From Trichoplax adhaerens (Eukaryota; Animalia; Placozoa): a stretch of DNA of 64,000 nt. The first letter of the stretch is position 1; the number at the start of each line of letters is the position of its first letter. Below the pieces are notes generated by a model. It was given only the letters and a program-made list of their open reading frames with translations. It was not told the origin of the DNA and did no database searches. The stretch is taken from positions 2,410,180-2,474,179 of the forward strand of contig NW_002060948.1 of assembly GCF_000150275.1 (NCBI RefSeq). Reading direction: 5' to 3'. The translations under genes were made by a program, and so were the position numbers. Shown here piece after piece: positions 12,119 to 25,558 of this stretch.

Positions 12119-15000
12119 CCATGCTATAGAAGCAGTGACCTTAAAAGACGAAAGTATGATGTGTGTCAAAACAAATCATACCTGATAGGAAGTAAATAAT
12201 ATTGTAGAAATTACTCTGCAATGGCTAGAGGTGATGGTGGATTTTCAATAGGTAAAATTATACGCGTATTTTCAATCTAATTGTGTGCTATGATAAAAGT
12301 TTTATGCTTTGCTCTAGTACCCACAAATTTGAAGTGATGTTATCAATACCATTAGTTTCACTTTCCGTTGGTCTCTTCCATATATCTTTGACTACAGTTA
12401 ATCGAATTAAAATATTTCCATAGGATATCCATGAAGAATTACAATGCTTTTTAAATTCTATAAAATCCTAATTGAACCGAATTGGTATACGAAAAACTTT
12501 AAGCATTCATTCTTCTATTTGTGTAAAAAAATATCAGACTTATCAACTGCTGGTTAATAACATAATAACTAGTTCAATTACCCGGTTAAAAATATTCAAA
12601 TGTTTTATTATTTAAGCAGGCTATAAATAAGCGGTAACTTGAGTTTAGTGACGGCAGGGTAGTAAGTAAATCAAATTTGGATAGATATTCATAGCAGAAA
12701 TTGTTATCAATAAGTCAAAAGAAAATAGTTTTCTTGATTTATAGTTCAAGAAATTAAAATCGATGCAGTGAAAGATTACATTAATACCATCTAATGTAGA
12801 ACAGCACAACGGTCATAAATGTTTTCATTTGTTTGCATATAAAAAAGCCGTTTAATTATCAGAGATTTGCATTTGAACAATTCACTTTTTAATTTCACCG
12901 GATAGTATTGCTTGCGAGAAAAATTTCACTTACATACATGAATTTAGTAAAATTTACAACGTGTTATTCTCGAAAACCGGTAGCAAAACGATTGAAGCAG
13001 AGAAAATTTTCTCAATTTTCAAGAAAATTAGACTCGGATTTGCTTATGGAATTAACAGTCAGCCAAGTATGTCTAAACACAAAAGCTTGGAACATTTGGA
13101 AATGTGGGTAAGTATTTCTATGGTAATTATATTGCTAGAAATAACATTAAGCATGATAATAATTCGGTTGAATAGAATTTACTAAATACAACAAAGGATG
13201 CAGCGGAACACAACTATTCCGGCACAATAAAATTCAATAACGTAAATTATCAATACCTATCGTCAATATACGTACGTATTTATCCAATTTATTTATTATT
13301 GATATGCTCTTACATTTTGCAGTTTATCCAGAAAAGTTTTAAATTCTTCATTTTGCATACTTATGATATTTATACTTATCATATACGATTACAGTATGAA
13401 TGCATGGTCGGTGACAAGCAAAATACCTCTTTCCTCAAGTACACGATATCTTTAGTTCAATTAATGCTAAGACTTGTCAAATATTTAATTTATAACAAGT
13501 ATCAATATTTTATAGAAAAATCAGGTAAGATACACCAGAATCATACATCTATTTCTTTTAAATTTTACCTCAAGGCGACACTCTAGATGACATCTGGATG
13601 GCTGGTGTGGGAGTCGCTCGCAGCCCTCCACAAAAGTTGAATAGTGTTAGTTCTGGTACATTTCAGATAAGCATAGGTATTTACCGTATGTTGGAGGTCA
13701 GAAGAATCAATAACGATAAATGTCAACGTTGAAGCATAGCTGATAATCTTGCTCCAATTATCTGAGATTTTAGAACCTTTCGCACGCTATAAATCTAGCA
13801 CTATGCAACTTATAATGGTCTAACGCTACGCTACGCTTAATTAATAAAAATAATGATTGTAAATGTTAGCTGATTTGATAAACTGTGTAATTACACTATG
13901 CGTACTATGCACAGAAAAGGTCGTAGCTGGCAGCCATGTAAAGCTCTGCTTTTGAGTATTGTACCAGTGTGATTCTTAACGCCTGATCAGAGTACTCCAA
14001 AAGAATAAATGGCTGCGTTTTGAATAAGTGATATGGAATTGTGTTGTAGAGTTCAAAGTTGATTATACGATTTATCTTTACTGTTTCAACCGCGCTTATG
14101 GAGGGAAGAAAAGTGGATTCTTTGACGGATGGACGCTTATTAAATGATGGTTTAGAGGTAAAATTCGATGCGGACCTTTGTCGCATTCGAGAATTGTTCT
14201 ACTGCAATAACTCCGATTTGAGTTGGCGGATCGCGAATCTAAGGAGTTAAAACCCATTCACTACACATTTATAAGGTACTAATTATCACGGTGATAATAC
14301 ATTCCACTTCGTAATTGGAGGTAAGATATCTAAACTTGAGCAACAAAAATAAAGCTAGCTATAACACTTATAAAAAGTTAGTTAGTGAGAAATTACCAAT
14401 CTTGACAGACCGATTTTAATAGTTTCTGGCCAAATATATGCTTTATGACATAAGGCCAGGTACTGCAGGTCTAAATCCTCTACTGTAGATTAATTGAATT
14501 GTTTACGTGATCATTTACTATATCAGAAGAGGTTTAATGAAATTCTTTGTAGCCAAGATTACGTTCAGAGGGACGTAAAGCGAGATTATCCCGATAATAA
14601 ATTAAAAAATAGTTTCCATGACGACAATAACCTCTCGAAGAAGTCAATTAAAAGGTACTTCGATCCTGATTGAAAATTTTGGTGCTCCAGATCAAAGCAC
14701 GACTAATCAGGTACACCTGTAAGTGGCTAGACAACAACTTTCATTTCTCAAATAGACTATGCATATACCCCTTTATATTAATATGTGTTTGTATCATTAT
14801 TATATAATCAAGCTCAATATCAATGAAAAGATAGAGAAGACCTATAGTAGCGTCATCAGAAAAACGTGATTTTATTCTTGGAAATAAACTTATTTTGCCG
14901 CAATATAAACAGCTGCTGCATTGCCATTGATCCAATTACTTGTTTGATGATTAAAATCAACCAGAATGTAGTATGGAAATGTAAGGATGCCTTGTGATAT

Positions 15001-15635
15001 TGTGACAGTGTTGTATACTGTATTAGAGTAGAAATATCTATGTTAGGATAATTCTGTTAGCCTATCCTTATTTAGTTAACTTCTAATTTGGATATACTGT
15101 GTTTTAATATAGCACTGACTTTTTATGACAGTGACACATATACACATACTGAAAATAATAGTTATAATAGGGAATACAAATCATCTACTTACAGTTCGAA
15201 TCATTGTGATTGTAACTTACTTATGATAGATTGTAAATTATCGTGGAAATGTTCCGTGATAGGACATATCGTAATCTGACTATTCTGTATTAGTAATCAG
15301 ATGTCTATGTTCGTAATTACTGTTGTCTACATTAAGAGAGCAGTAGCTAAAATTAATATCTACTGTAATTCAGTGAACGATTCCAAAGTTAATCGTACTA
15401 ACTATGACTCATGAGCTATTAAGGAAGAGTATATAAATGCAGTATATCGTGTATTAAAGTGGATTCTTAAACTGAGTGTTTAATGTAAAATACGAGGCGT
15501 CTAAGTCTTTGTGTAGTCTGCTAGTAGAGCAAAAGTGTTTGTGATAGTGCAGATATCGTTCCTTGATACGTGGTTCAAGGAATTGACTTATTGATCGTAC
15601 ATTACGTTATCTTGTTGCAAAGCATGTTTGTGACA
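15001..15635 (+). mobile_element. Solo-LTR-like element, family A, copy 4 (635 bp)
   Basis: TGT...ACA ends, TSD GATAT/GATGT (one mismatch); TATATAAAT near 15430 followed by ATTAAA near 15453, a U3-R-U5-like order. Confidence 0.82.
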
Positions 15636-18600
15636 GATGTGCATTAGTTAGTCTATTCCTCCCTCAATCACCCTACATTTTTAAAAGCATCACCAATTTC
15701 TATGTTTTGTAATATAATCTTATTCTATTTGCTAAACTTTATCAAAAAAGAGATATCTAGCTACAATATCAATTCAAGCTTTGATCAATATAGAATAAGC
15801 TGCACTATTTAAGTGATAGATGATTCGTTCGTAGAACGAGTGGTATAGCTAGTACCGGGTAAACATAAAGATAATTTGACGATTATGACCGGCGATCAAA
15901 AATTTAGACTAACATTTCGCATGTATCTGAGCAGATTATAATTAATTGAAGGCATAGATACTAGAACATGATAAGCTGTAGCCCTTTAATGCACTAGTAG
16001 ATTCAAACAGAAATTCGTACTGAGGTACTCCATTACTGTGATGCTAAGTTGGATCGTCAAATGAATTCTGCTCTTTGTTAACCTAAACTGAAATTTAATG
16101 CGATGATCAACCCAAGCGATGAAATACTTATGTAAACAGTAATCGGATAGCTAAAGTGTTCATTCAGAGATGGGACGGTAGAAGTCTAACATTGAAACTT
16201 CCCCAAGCAAGCGCTGGTAGATTAAATCTGAAATTTGGTACATATGTATAATTGTGAACACCTACTGCAGCTACTTTGGGAGTGAATAATTAGAATTCCT
16301 TTATGATTTCCCTGCGGACAATAGAATACGAAATAAAATTATTGCGCAAGCTGGAAAATGGAATTGATTTGGTCCATCTTATTAACGTCTTGAGTAACTC
16401 CGGTATAGTAAATCTCGCTATTCGCTTTTTGCAACATACGAGTACTTGTCATAAACTGTAATAATCAAAGTAACAGCAAATAATGTTATTTATCATGTCA
16501 GAGTTCGATATTGGAGGGTTTTGCTATAATCTCATCTTAGAAAAAGTTGTATATGTATTGCATTAGTTGAACAGGTAAAGCTATATATCCCTAACGTAAA
16601 GAAATTCTGAAATTCAGTAGTAGCTTCGTTTAGTTTTCTTACATTAAACGGTATAATTTAATAACAATTCCAATCTTAAAAGTCATTTTGTTTTTTTACC
16701 GCCTTAAATTATTAGTCCAACTTGTTTTTATACCTGAGACACCAAAAACTTTTTATCATGCAAGGTGCCTTCCGTCTAGTCACATATTGCCCCAAACACA
16801 ATTACTTACTGAATATTTTATGAATGCCATTTAATCACTAAGTTATTATTTTAGGTGTAGATGAAATGAAATCCCAGTAGGAGTAATTTTTTTTCTAAGT
16901 TGTACTGTATAAGTAAGTAGTCAAAATAACTGATTTAAGTTGTGAAGTTAATTTACTCAATCTTTACAGATCAATTTTAATATTAAGATTCGTTCGATTC
17001 AAGAGCTAACCCGTGAATAATGGTGTTAAAGACTTGCAAAAAATTTAATCATAATCGTGATGAGAGTGTCTGAACTGTTGATTTTATATCAAAAGTTATC
17101 AATCAGAAATAAGACAGAATCATCTAATTTTGTTAGAATTTCTTTTGGGATTAAGAAAGTAATTCATGACGGAACTCTCTATTATGTCACTACGAAAGAA
17201 AATCGTACAATGGATCAAGACTAAAATGAAGTTTATAACCGGTACAGGATGTTTTTATTGACTATTTTGCAAGACAAATGAAATAAGGAGAATAAGATCA
17301 TGGAATTTTAATCATCTTTTCATGGCATATATTATTCGCTCAATAAAGCTGAAACGACTTAAATTGCTCATGATGTCGATACATAAAATAGAAACAATCT
17401 GAAAGGCTGATAAAGGTAAATTGTGATACTACAATTTAGTGATGCACCTTTAAAAGCATGTGATCACCAATTTGACAGTATCGAAAGTGATTGTGACTAC
17501 GTTTAAATAAGGATAATAGTATTCAATAATCTGAAATTTTAATTTAATGCCATAATAGACTGTTTACTAGATTACCAACGCTTCTAATTATCAATAAATT
17601 TCTTAAGAAATCTCTTTAATTTATGGCAATTCGGTCTATATAATAATGAAGAACTTCAAGGAATAATTGTGAAATCAGGTACGTGAGCCGAATGTTTTTC
17701 TTAAATGCCTTACATTGTCTATTTTATAGCTCTACATACAAATGATAACGGCCTCATATTGTAAAATTGCAATTATTATGGCGGCATTTCCAAGGAAGGC
17801 TACCATTCTATGCAGTCGCAATCTACATTGAAATTATAATGTTCATTATTTGACTTTTATATTTCAAAAGCAATTATATATGATATGCAATGTAACATAA
17901 GTAAACAACCGTAATAATAAATTATATATATAATAAACTATGTCATGTCAGCAAACAGCCGCAATAATAATTTCCAAGGCCTACTGAATTATTTGCGTAA
18001 GGCCACTGGATATATTACTGTAGGTTAGTACTAAACTTATAAGACATTAATTTAAAGACATAAGGAGAGTATATAACTTTCTGATTTGTTAGAAATAAAA
18101 TGAACTTCTCCTTAAACGGAATTTCATTTTAGAGTTTAGAGAAAAGAAAAAATTTCACGGAGAGAGAATGTTACTGCCTGCATTTTCAATTCGCTTTTAA
18201 GCAATGCTGTCCTAACAAATGTATGTTGCTTAATAAATCAATTAAAGACTTATTTAGATGACAGAAATTGTAAAGTAACTGTAGTAAAATATTATTTATC
18301 TATAAAATCTGAAAATTACCCCAAAAGCGGATCACAGGAGTTCACTACCATCAAATAAATCGAAGTTGAAGACTTATTAACATTTTCTTGAAAGCCTTCG
18401 ATAAATTTCGACATTGCTAAAGCAAAAGTTGTAGTAATGTCTTTATAAGATTATTTGATTCAGGTGATCTTGAATTGTAGCCATAAAATATGGATGCGAC
18501 TTGAGGTCAAAAGATATAACAACTTAATATTCAGAATTTACAATCTTTGTACTTAGCCAAAGAATATGATTACAGCTGCATCGCTCAGTTGGTGACCTGA

Positions 18601-19439
18601 TGAAATATGTATAACTTAATTCATAGCAGAATCTAAATATTTTGGAGTTCCATATTGGAAAACCTTACGACATAATTTTTTAGTATTTTTATAACTCTTT
18701 CTTTCGTAAGTTAGTAAATACCAGATATTCGAGGTATTAGAATTTTTAATGCAAGTGATGCGATCGATATTTTCTTCAAGGTTTAACAAACACCTTGTTT
18801 TGATGCTGAAGATCATCTATGGAAGAGTCAATGCGCTTTCCTGATCCTAGAATAGACTATAGAGATAAAATATTATAGTATGCTTTAAGTATAGTTCAAG
18901 ATTAGAATTGAAAAGAGATTGTTTTCATTAGAAATATTAGCCAGATTTAATTTCCAAAATTTACGAGAATGCGCGAAGAGTAGGCAGAACCAGAACCGTA
19001 CGAGTTAATATCAGATCATAAGACACGGTTAAAATATCATTGTAAACTCTTTAAGAAACTGATCTTTGGTAGGAGATATAATTAAGTAATGGATGTTTCC
19101 AGTTAAGGATATCTACCTTCATAGCTGAAGATACTACTTTAGCTTCAAAATTGATTGCATAATTGCCAAAGATGTCATTACGCTAGCGGAGTCTTCAATA
19201 CCATAAAATTGCTGGTCACAAATAATTAACAATTAATTATCTCGTAGAATTTAAATTAAATTTCTCAATAGTATATAGCAGTGGATTAATTTTCTGGTAG
19301 TCATGGTTTCTACTTTTGTAACCATTACGTTCGCGATATTAGATAAAAAGTAGCTTTTACCTTCATAGGCTAATAACAACTAAGAAAACGAAATGTCTTT
19401 CAATCGTGAGGTAAATAAATTTAGGCAGTTATTCTGTCT

Positions 19440-20396
19440 TTAACTTTTACCGAGAACAGACATAGTAGTCGAATGTCTGAATATGCTAGCCATGTCCTTC
19501 CTCATTTTTTTGTTCAATAAGCCATAAATGATCGGGTTCCACATGACATGAGAATAACCCAACCACGTAGTAATATAATATGCAGTGTAAACTGTTATTG
19601 TTGGCCCATCAATAACATTTAATGATAACAACAGTTGTAAAGTATAAGTTGGAAGTAGTGTCCAAAAAAAGGCCATGGTAACGGTAAATAGCATAATGTA
19701 TACTTGTTGGTAACTTCGAGGTGGTGATTTTGATGGTGGGGTGTTACTAGACAGCCTCCTTCTGGTACGCCATAGTTTTTGAACGATCAGTGAGTGCAAA
19801 ATGACGATCACCAAAAACGGTGAGAGGAAAAAGAGCCCGATTAATGACACCGTGTAAGCCAGCTCATTAATACGAAATTCTGGCAAATAGTACTCTCGAC
19901 AGATGTAACCAATATTTTCATAAAATTCAACCCTTAAGCCGATAACTTGTGGAATAACAGCTACACATGAAATAAACCATAACACAAGTAATACAATTAC
20001 AGCCACTTTTCGTTGAAGTTGGTTAGCAGCGTAATAAACTGCATAATAACGATCGAATGCAACAATCACTAAAGTTAGCGACGATATTGCTATGCCACAA
20101 TTTCTGACAGAAAAAACCAATTTACACATTACATCACCAAATATAAAGATACCCAAGACATCTGTTGTCACTGCAAATGGAATACTAATGGTAATAAGTA
20201 AGTCTGAGATAGCTAAATTTAGGAGAAAGATATTGGTGCATTTGGTGCTAGATTTGTTGTAAAGAACTGCCAAGCAGACCATAATATTACCCACTAAGGA
20301 TACCATAAATATGATAGCAGCGATAGTAATGAGAATAATCCGGACAGTATGAGATGGGCCAAGATCGATCAAGGTAGTCGAACTATTATTATCCAT
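19440..20396 (-). CDS. Intronless class A (rhodopsin-like) GPCR, peptide-receptor-like, 318 aa
   Basis: Seven hydrophobic segments; TM1 GN, TM2 NLAISD, TM3 Cys (VMCK) and DRY, TM4 W, ECL2 Cys, TM5 P, TM7 NPIIY; N-terminal NxS sequons. Confidence 0.95.
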   Translation of the reverse strand: MDNNSSTTLIDLGPSHTVRIILITIAAIIFMVSLVGNIMVCLAVLYNKSSTKCTNIFLLNLAISDLLITISIPFAVTTDVLGIFIFGDVMCKLVFSVRNCGIAISSLTLVIVAFDRYYAVYYAANQLQRKVAVIVLLVLWFISCVAVIPQVIGLRVEFYENIGYICREYYLPEFRINELAYTVSLIGLFFLSPFLVIVILHSLIVQKLWRTRRRLSSNTPPSKSPPRSYQQVYIMLFTVTMAFFWTLLPTYTLQLLLSLNVIDGPTITVYTAYYITTWLGYSHVMWNPIIYGLLNKKMRKDMASIFRHSTTMSVLGKS

Positions 20397-23300
20397 GGTA
20401 AAGTAAATACTAGTATAGCACGTAGAAAAAACTTCTTAATATGTTGGTGTCAATCTATTTGTCGAAAAGTAACAAGAAAATGAACCGTTAGCAATTATGA
20501 TATCAGTCTTATAAGGTTTGAAATATGTATTAAAATCGCTAGTATCTTAATTCAAAATGATAAAACGTCGTTATGGTCATTGTTTAAGATTCAATAGGTC
20601 CAGTCGACATTTGCTGACAAAAACAACATAGCAACTGTTTAAGCATTTCAATGAGTAACAGTATGTATTGCTACGCTAGCATAAGTGAATGATAAAAGTT
20701 AGTCAAACTTACAGATTGTCACCTGGTGCCAAGAATATAAACATCATGCCATAAACAAAAGTCAAAACTTTTCAATACATTGGCAAATTCAATACAGAAT
20801 TAAATAATTGGCATGAGATTTTCAATCACAGCTATTAATACGCGATTAAAACACTGTGGTATGTAGCCTTTACGAATGATAATGAAAATGAAAAATTGGA
20901 TAATATTTTAATAGAATAATGATAATATCTAAATAGGGAATTCAATTAAACTACGCCCAGTATTTACCATATTAGAAACTTAAGCGATAGCTATCGTTTA
21001 TCTATTGTGATGATAACTTTAGGAATCTATAGCAGATACTTGATTTCTATCATTTTGAACTAAAGGATAGGCTATCGACTGATAAAAGGATATATCAAGT
21101 ATTAACACAGTTATTCGATCTTAATTGGGGATACACGATATCTTCAGTCATTTTTCGTCATGTTAATGCTATCTTATATAACACCATTAGTACATTTATC
21201 TGCAGTGGTAACCTTGTAGCAATTTTAGGGATAGCATGATAAGTAAGGCATCACGTTATGTAACCTTACACAAATTATATAACCATAAATGATACTTTTG
21301 ATATAAATACGAGAATTCTTTTTCTAAGGCCTATTTGGTATATTAGAAACTGTTATGTTTCATTATATGTGTTACGGTCAATCCCGAGAAAGACAGTACA
21401 CTCCCGGCCACATCAAAAAGTCCACATAGATCCTAATTAAGCATTTTTAGACGTTTTTTTCTATTGATAGCTCTAAATTCGTTATAATTATCGATGTCTA
21501 CTTAAGATTTCTTTACATTTCAATCTATGACAAACTTGTAGAATTAACAATTGATAAAATGGATACGACTATGTTATTTTATTCGCTCGGCATGGTATGC
21601 CACACTGAATTAGCCGATCTGTTCTACAGTAAAAGAAGAATATAACATGGAAAAGGCAATCGTAGCATTCGAGTTATTCTATTGGATGCGATGTATGAAG
21701 TAGAACTATTTAACTATTTGCCAATTGAAATAGCATGTCAGCATCAATTTCCTAATTTGCAACAACTTCAATCATAATATATTAGTTTAAGGTAGCATTA
21801 TGTGTACGCTTGTAGTAGTGTAATATGAGTTATGTGTAGAACTATAAGATTTAACTAATTTTATTTCCCAGCATGCCATGTTTTGTAGGATATATTTTTA
21901 GTGAATATAAGGTATGCTATACTCATCAAAATAGACTAATATACCGTATAATTAACAGTGTGCATCATAAGCCCAAAGATATAAAATGTTGGACATTTTT
22001 CATTCTATAGTAAGATAATATAAATACAACAATATTTCGAAGAAAGAAAAAATATTCAACGCCAAAAGGCATTGCAAGATAGAAAAATTGTAAACAAATA
22101 TCAGCTTGAAGTTGAATTGGAAATAAATTGTAGGCAGTTAGTAAGATGATAAATCACTCTAGCGATGTAGGTGACAGTAGATCATTTCTGGCTAACCTTT
22201 GATTCCAAAGCACTGCTAGGAAACACTGTTCAAATTCAAATAGTATACATACTGATTGCAGTGATTCCAGCTAATTGAGGTAGTTCTATGTTAGGGAATG
22301 CAGCGACAGTATGTAGTGTGGAACTGTACGTCATAATAAAGTATAACGATGAAAAACATACGCTAAAGTGATCTACTAAACTAAAGAATTATTACTGCTA
22401 GATATAGCTTGTAAAGCGAAAGCAGAATCGGCATTAATAAATGATATCACGTATTAAAAGGAAGAGAAATAAAAATAAATAGATAGAGTAGTTGGAATAG
22501 ATCTTATTTTTTCGATTTATGTGTGCCAACTTCAAAAGTTTGGTATCTATCAAAGACTACAGTCAACGTATTAAAATGTTACAGCGCACGCAACAATGAA
22601 AACGGGAATGGGAAAAAATTGAAAGCTTACTATAAATTATGCTTCACTAATAAAATGAAACAGTTGGATACTATAACTTCAGATTGCAAGAATTAAATAG
22701 AAAGCAAAGATAAAAAACTGAAATCAGCCTAGTAGGCACCAATGTAAGATAAAGCGCTCGTTCTTTTTGATATTAAAGTTTGGATTCATCAGCTTAACGG
22801 AGAGTTTTGATTGTTAGTATCGAAATAAAAATCTGTGATCTCCATTTTACAATCTACTATGAAAATTAAGCTTTGATCGTGTTACAAATTAAAATTTATA
22901 TCGAGGAAAATTAAATTACTACAGAAAATTAAAACTACAAGTCTAATACCGGGGTTGTTCTCCCGACATCTACCTGCAGCTACACCTGATCACGGATTGG
23001 TTGAATACTGATGAGCTCCTACCGTTAGAAGCATCAGTAACTCCATTAATCTCTTTTAAACAAACTGAATCCAAACTCTATTGAAAAATCGATCAATTTA
23101 TAGTAAATCTACATAAATGTCAATTATAATATTATGCAATTACCTATTAAAAATATGTACAACGCCATAGATAAATTAATACCAACACCCCCTTAGATAA
23201 GCAACCTTATAAAATCTATATTACGGTAGCTATGTTAAAATTACTCCGTAATAGATCGATATATCTAAAAGTAGATTAATTTTACCCGTTTGTTGAATAT

Positions 23301-24785
23301 AGACTACCTTTAAACAAGAAATTATTTTAACAAGTATTAGGTTATTGAAAATAATCCCTACAGAAAAGCTTAATGATATCATACCTATCTTCTCGGGTCA
23401 CGTAAAAGAAACAGCTAGTAATTAAGTCGTGCGTAGATCTAATCATAGCATTAATTTTTTTCTCACCTTTGTATTACTGCGCTTTACTACCAGTACGTCG
23501 GTGAATTAGCTTCACAGCTATGGTACTTCAATTTATTCTCCAATAAATACGGCTTAAGCCTGATATCGTGTAAAATGCTTTTCGTATTAATTTAAAGTTC
23601 CCTACAACTGCAATTTGGATACGAGTCTAGCTCAACGACTTACTAGTCGATTGACTTTTTAACTACGTTATTCTTGTAATAATTATGCAATGGATTACAT
23701 ACAGAATACAATGATACTTCAGACCCTTTACCTTACAGTAGTACAAACGCTTAATTTAGAATTACAAGAACCTTCAAGAATATTAAGCGATTTTGATGCC
23801 TCCGTTCAATATTGAAATGCGGACGTATAAGGACCATTGTAATAATTGTTTATAGTGATAGCAGTAGTAAATTTAGTCGTGAAACTAAAACAAATAATTT
23901 CGCCTAAGGTTTACTTATGATCAGACTGTTTTTGCGGTATAATTTGCACTACTTCGTCGCCTCCGATAACAGTGGTATGTGTGTAAATAAACGTTGTAAC
24001 AACAGTATAGCTCATTAGGGAGTAAGTAGAAGTGTTTAGCCTAATGATAAAAATTCAATACAACAGTTGCAGACAAAACATTTATAGTAGGCAGTTAATG
24101 CTTTTACTTTTAAAACAAAGCCTTTCAAAGAACAAATAGTAATGCGTCATATAGTCTAATGCTACAACATTCCTTGTACACAATTTCCAGATACGCGTGT
24201 GCGTCTTTTCTTGAAGATGTAAATATCACTAGTAACAAAAGCATAATCACAATCATGCAATAACACTATTTAGAAGGTCAATTTTTGCTCTAGAAAGGCC
24301 AGAGAATAGTTGACAGTAAGCAAGGAATTGCATAGGAGCAACTTTTGACTGAAAGGAAATGGAAGTAACTAGCACGTGCCATCATATGCAGACATTAATC
24401 TAGTAATCAGATTAATATTTTAAATTTTGGAATTTGAAATAAAGAAGAAACTAGCTACACTCAATATCATAGAAAGAATGCCGCAATCTGCAATGTATAA
24501 TCAAACAATTAACAATGGTTAACCATAGAATAAAATTTCTTTTATTGTAAAAGATATCAACTAAAATGAAGCTACAATTAAAGTGTAGGTGTGTAGTTAA
24601 TAGTAATTACTTTCAGGATTTATATTACTCATTAAGGCGATAACAAATGAATAGATCAAAATATTTTCTTTTATTAATCAAATTATACTGTAGACTAATT
24701 AAAGCAAATTATTATCCAGATAGAATGTAAAATAATTCAGTCGATGCTATTTTTACGCAGTACTACAATAAGTGGCCGATCAACG

Positions 24786-25558
24786 AGCTAGAATTTACTT
24801 AAAGTATCTTGGTTCAGAGATTAATAATTTAGAGTTTATCAAAATATTTATAAAATTTCTGGAAACACTGAACAAAATTAAATTCTGTTTTCTCTAAAAT
24901 TTCATATTCTATTCTTATTTATATATGTATATTGGTAGCATTCAAGGAACTGTGTTATAAACAAATTTACTAAAAGTATCCTGGTGTGATAAAGTGATCT
25001 TCAAAACAATAAATCAAGAACTACAATTTCTTGCAAATTTCACTTTATTACAGAAGTTAGGTTCGTCTAACTACCAAGGACTATCTGACTATCTGACAAT
25101 CTTCTTATTACAGCAAAATTCAAGATTTAGCTTACAAGTTAAGTTATTCTCGTACAGTCTTATAATAGTAATCTAAGCTATATTTGGGGCTGCACTACGC
25201 CTGGTTAAAAGATTAATAATTTAAAGTTTATTGAAAATGTATACATATATAATTCCTGGAATACTGAACAAAAATAAAATTCACATTCTATCTTAATTTA
25301 TATATGAATATTTGGTACTATACACGGAACTATGTTATAAACAATTTTATTTTACTATTTAAAGCTAGAATTTGCTTAGTGTGTCCTGATTAAAGATTAA
25401 TAATTTAGAGTTTATCAAAGTACAGTACGTATATAATTCCTGAAACACTGAATAAAATTAAAACTTTATTTTCGTAAAAATTAACTTTCTATCTTCATTT
25501 ATACATATGTATTTGTATCATGTACGGAACTGTTATGAACAAATTTACTTTGCTATTT
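24786..25558. repeat. Three diverged units of 185-195 bp (about 24786-24971, 25176-25360, 25363-25558)
   Basis: Recurring agcta...gattaataattta-agtttat...actgaa-aaaa...ggaact-tgttat-aacaa blocks. Confidence 0.8.

Noticed and set aside
3262-15635. One 12-kb DNA transposon with 620-bp terminal inverted repeats
   Set aside because: Each repeat has its own separate TSD, the outer flanks (AGTGA vs GATGT) do not match, and no transposase lies between them.
11505-15635. Full-length LTR retrotransposon bounded by two direct family A copies
   Set aside because: The copies are far too diverged to be sister LTRs, the 15001 copy has its own TSD, and no PBS, PPT or gag/pol was found.
21398-21427. TA-CACTCCCGGCCAC..., resembling a Tc1/mariner terminal repeat
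   Set aside because: No matching inverted partner was found in the window.
22020-22720. Purine-rich stretch giving coiled-coil-like peptides (QQYFEERKNIQRQKALQDR...)
   Set aside because: Interrupted by stops, with no coherent exon chain or recognisable family.
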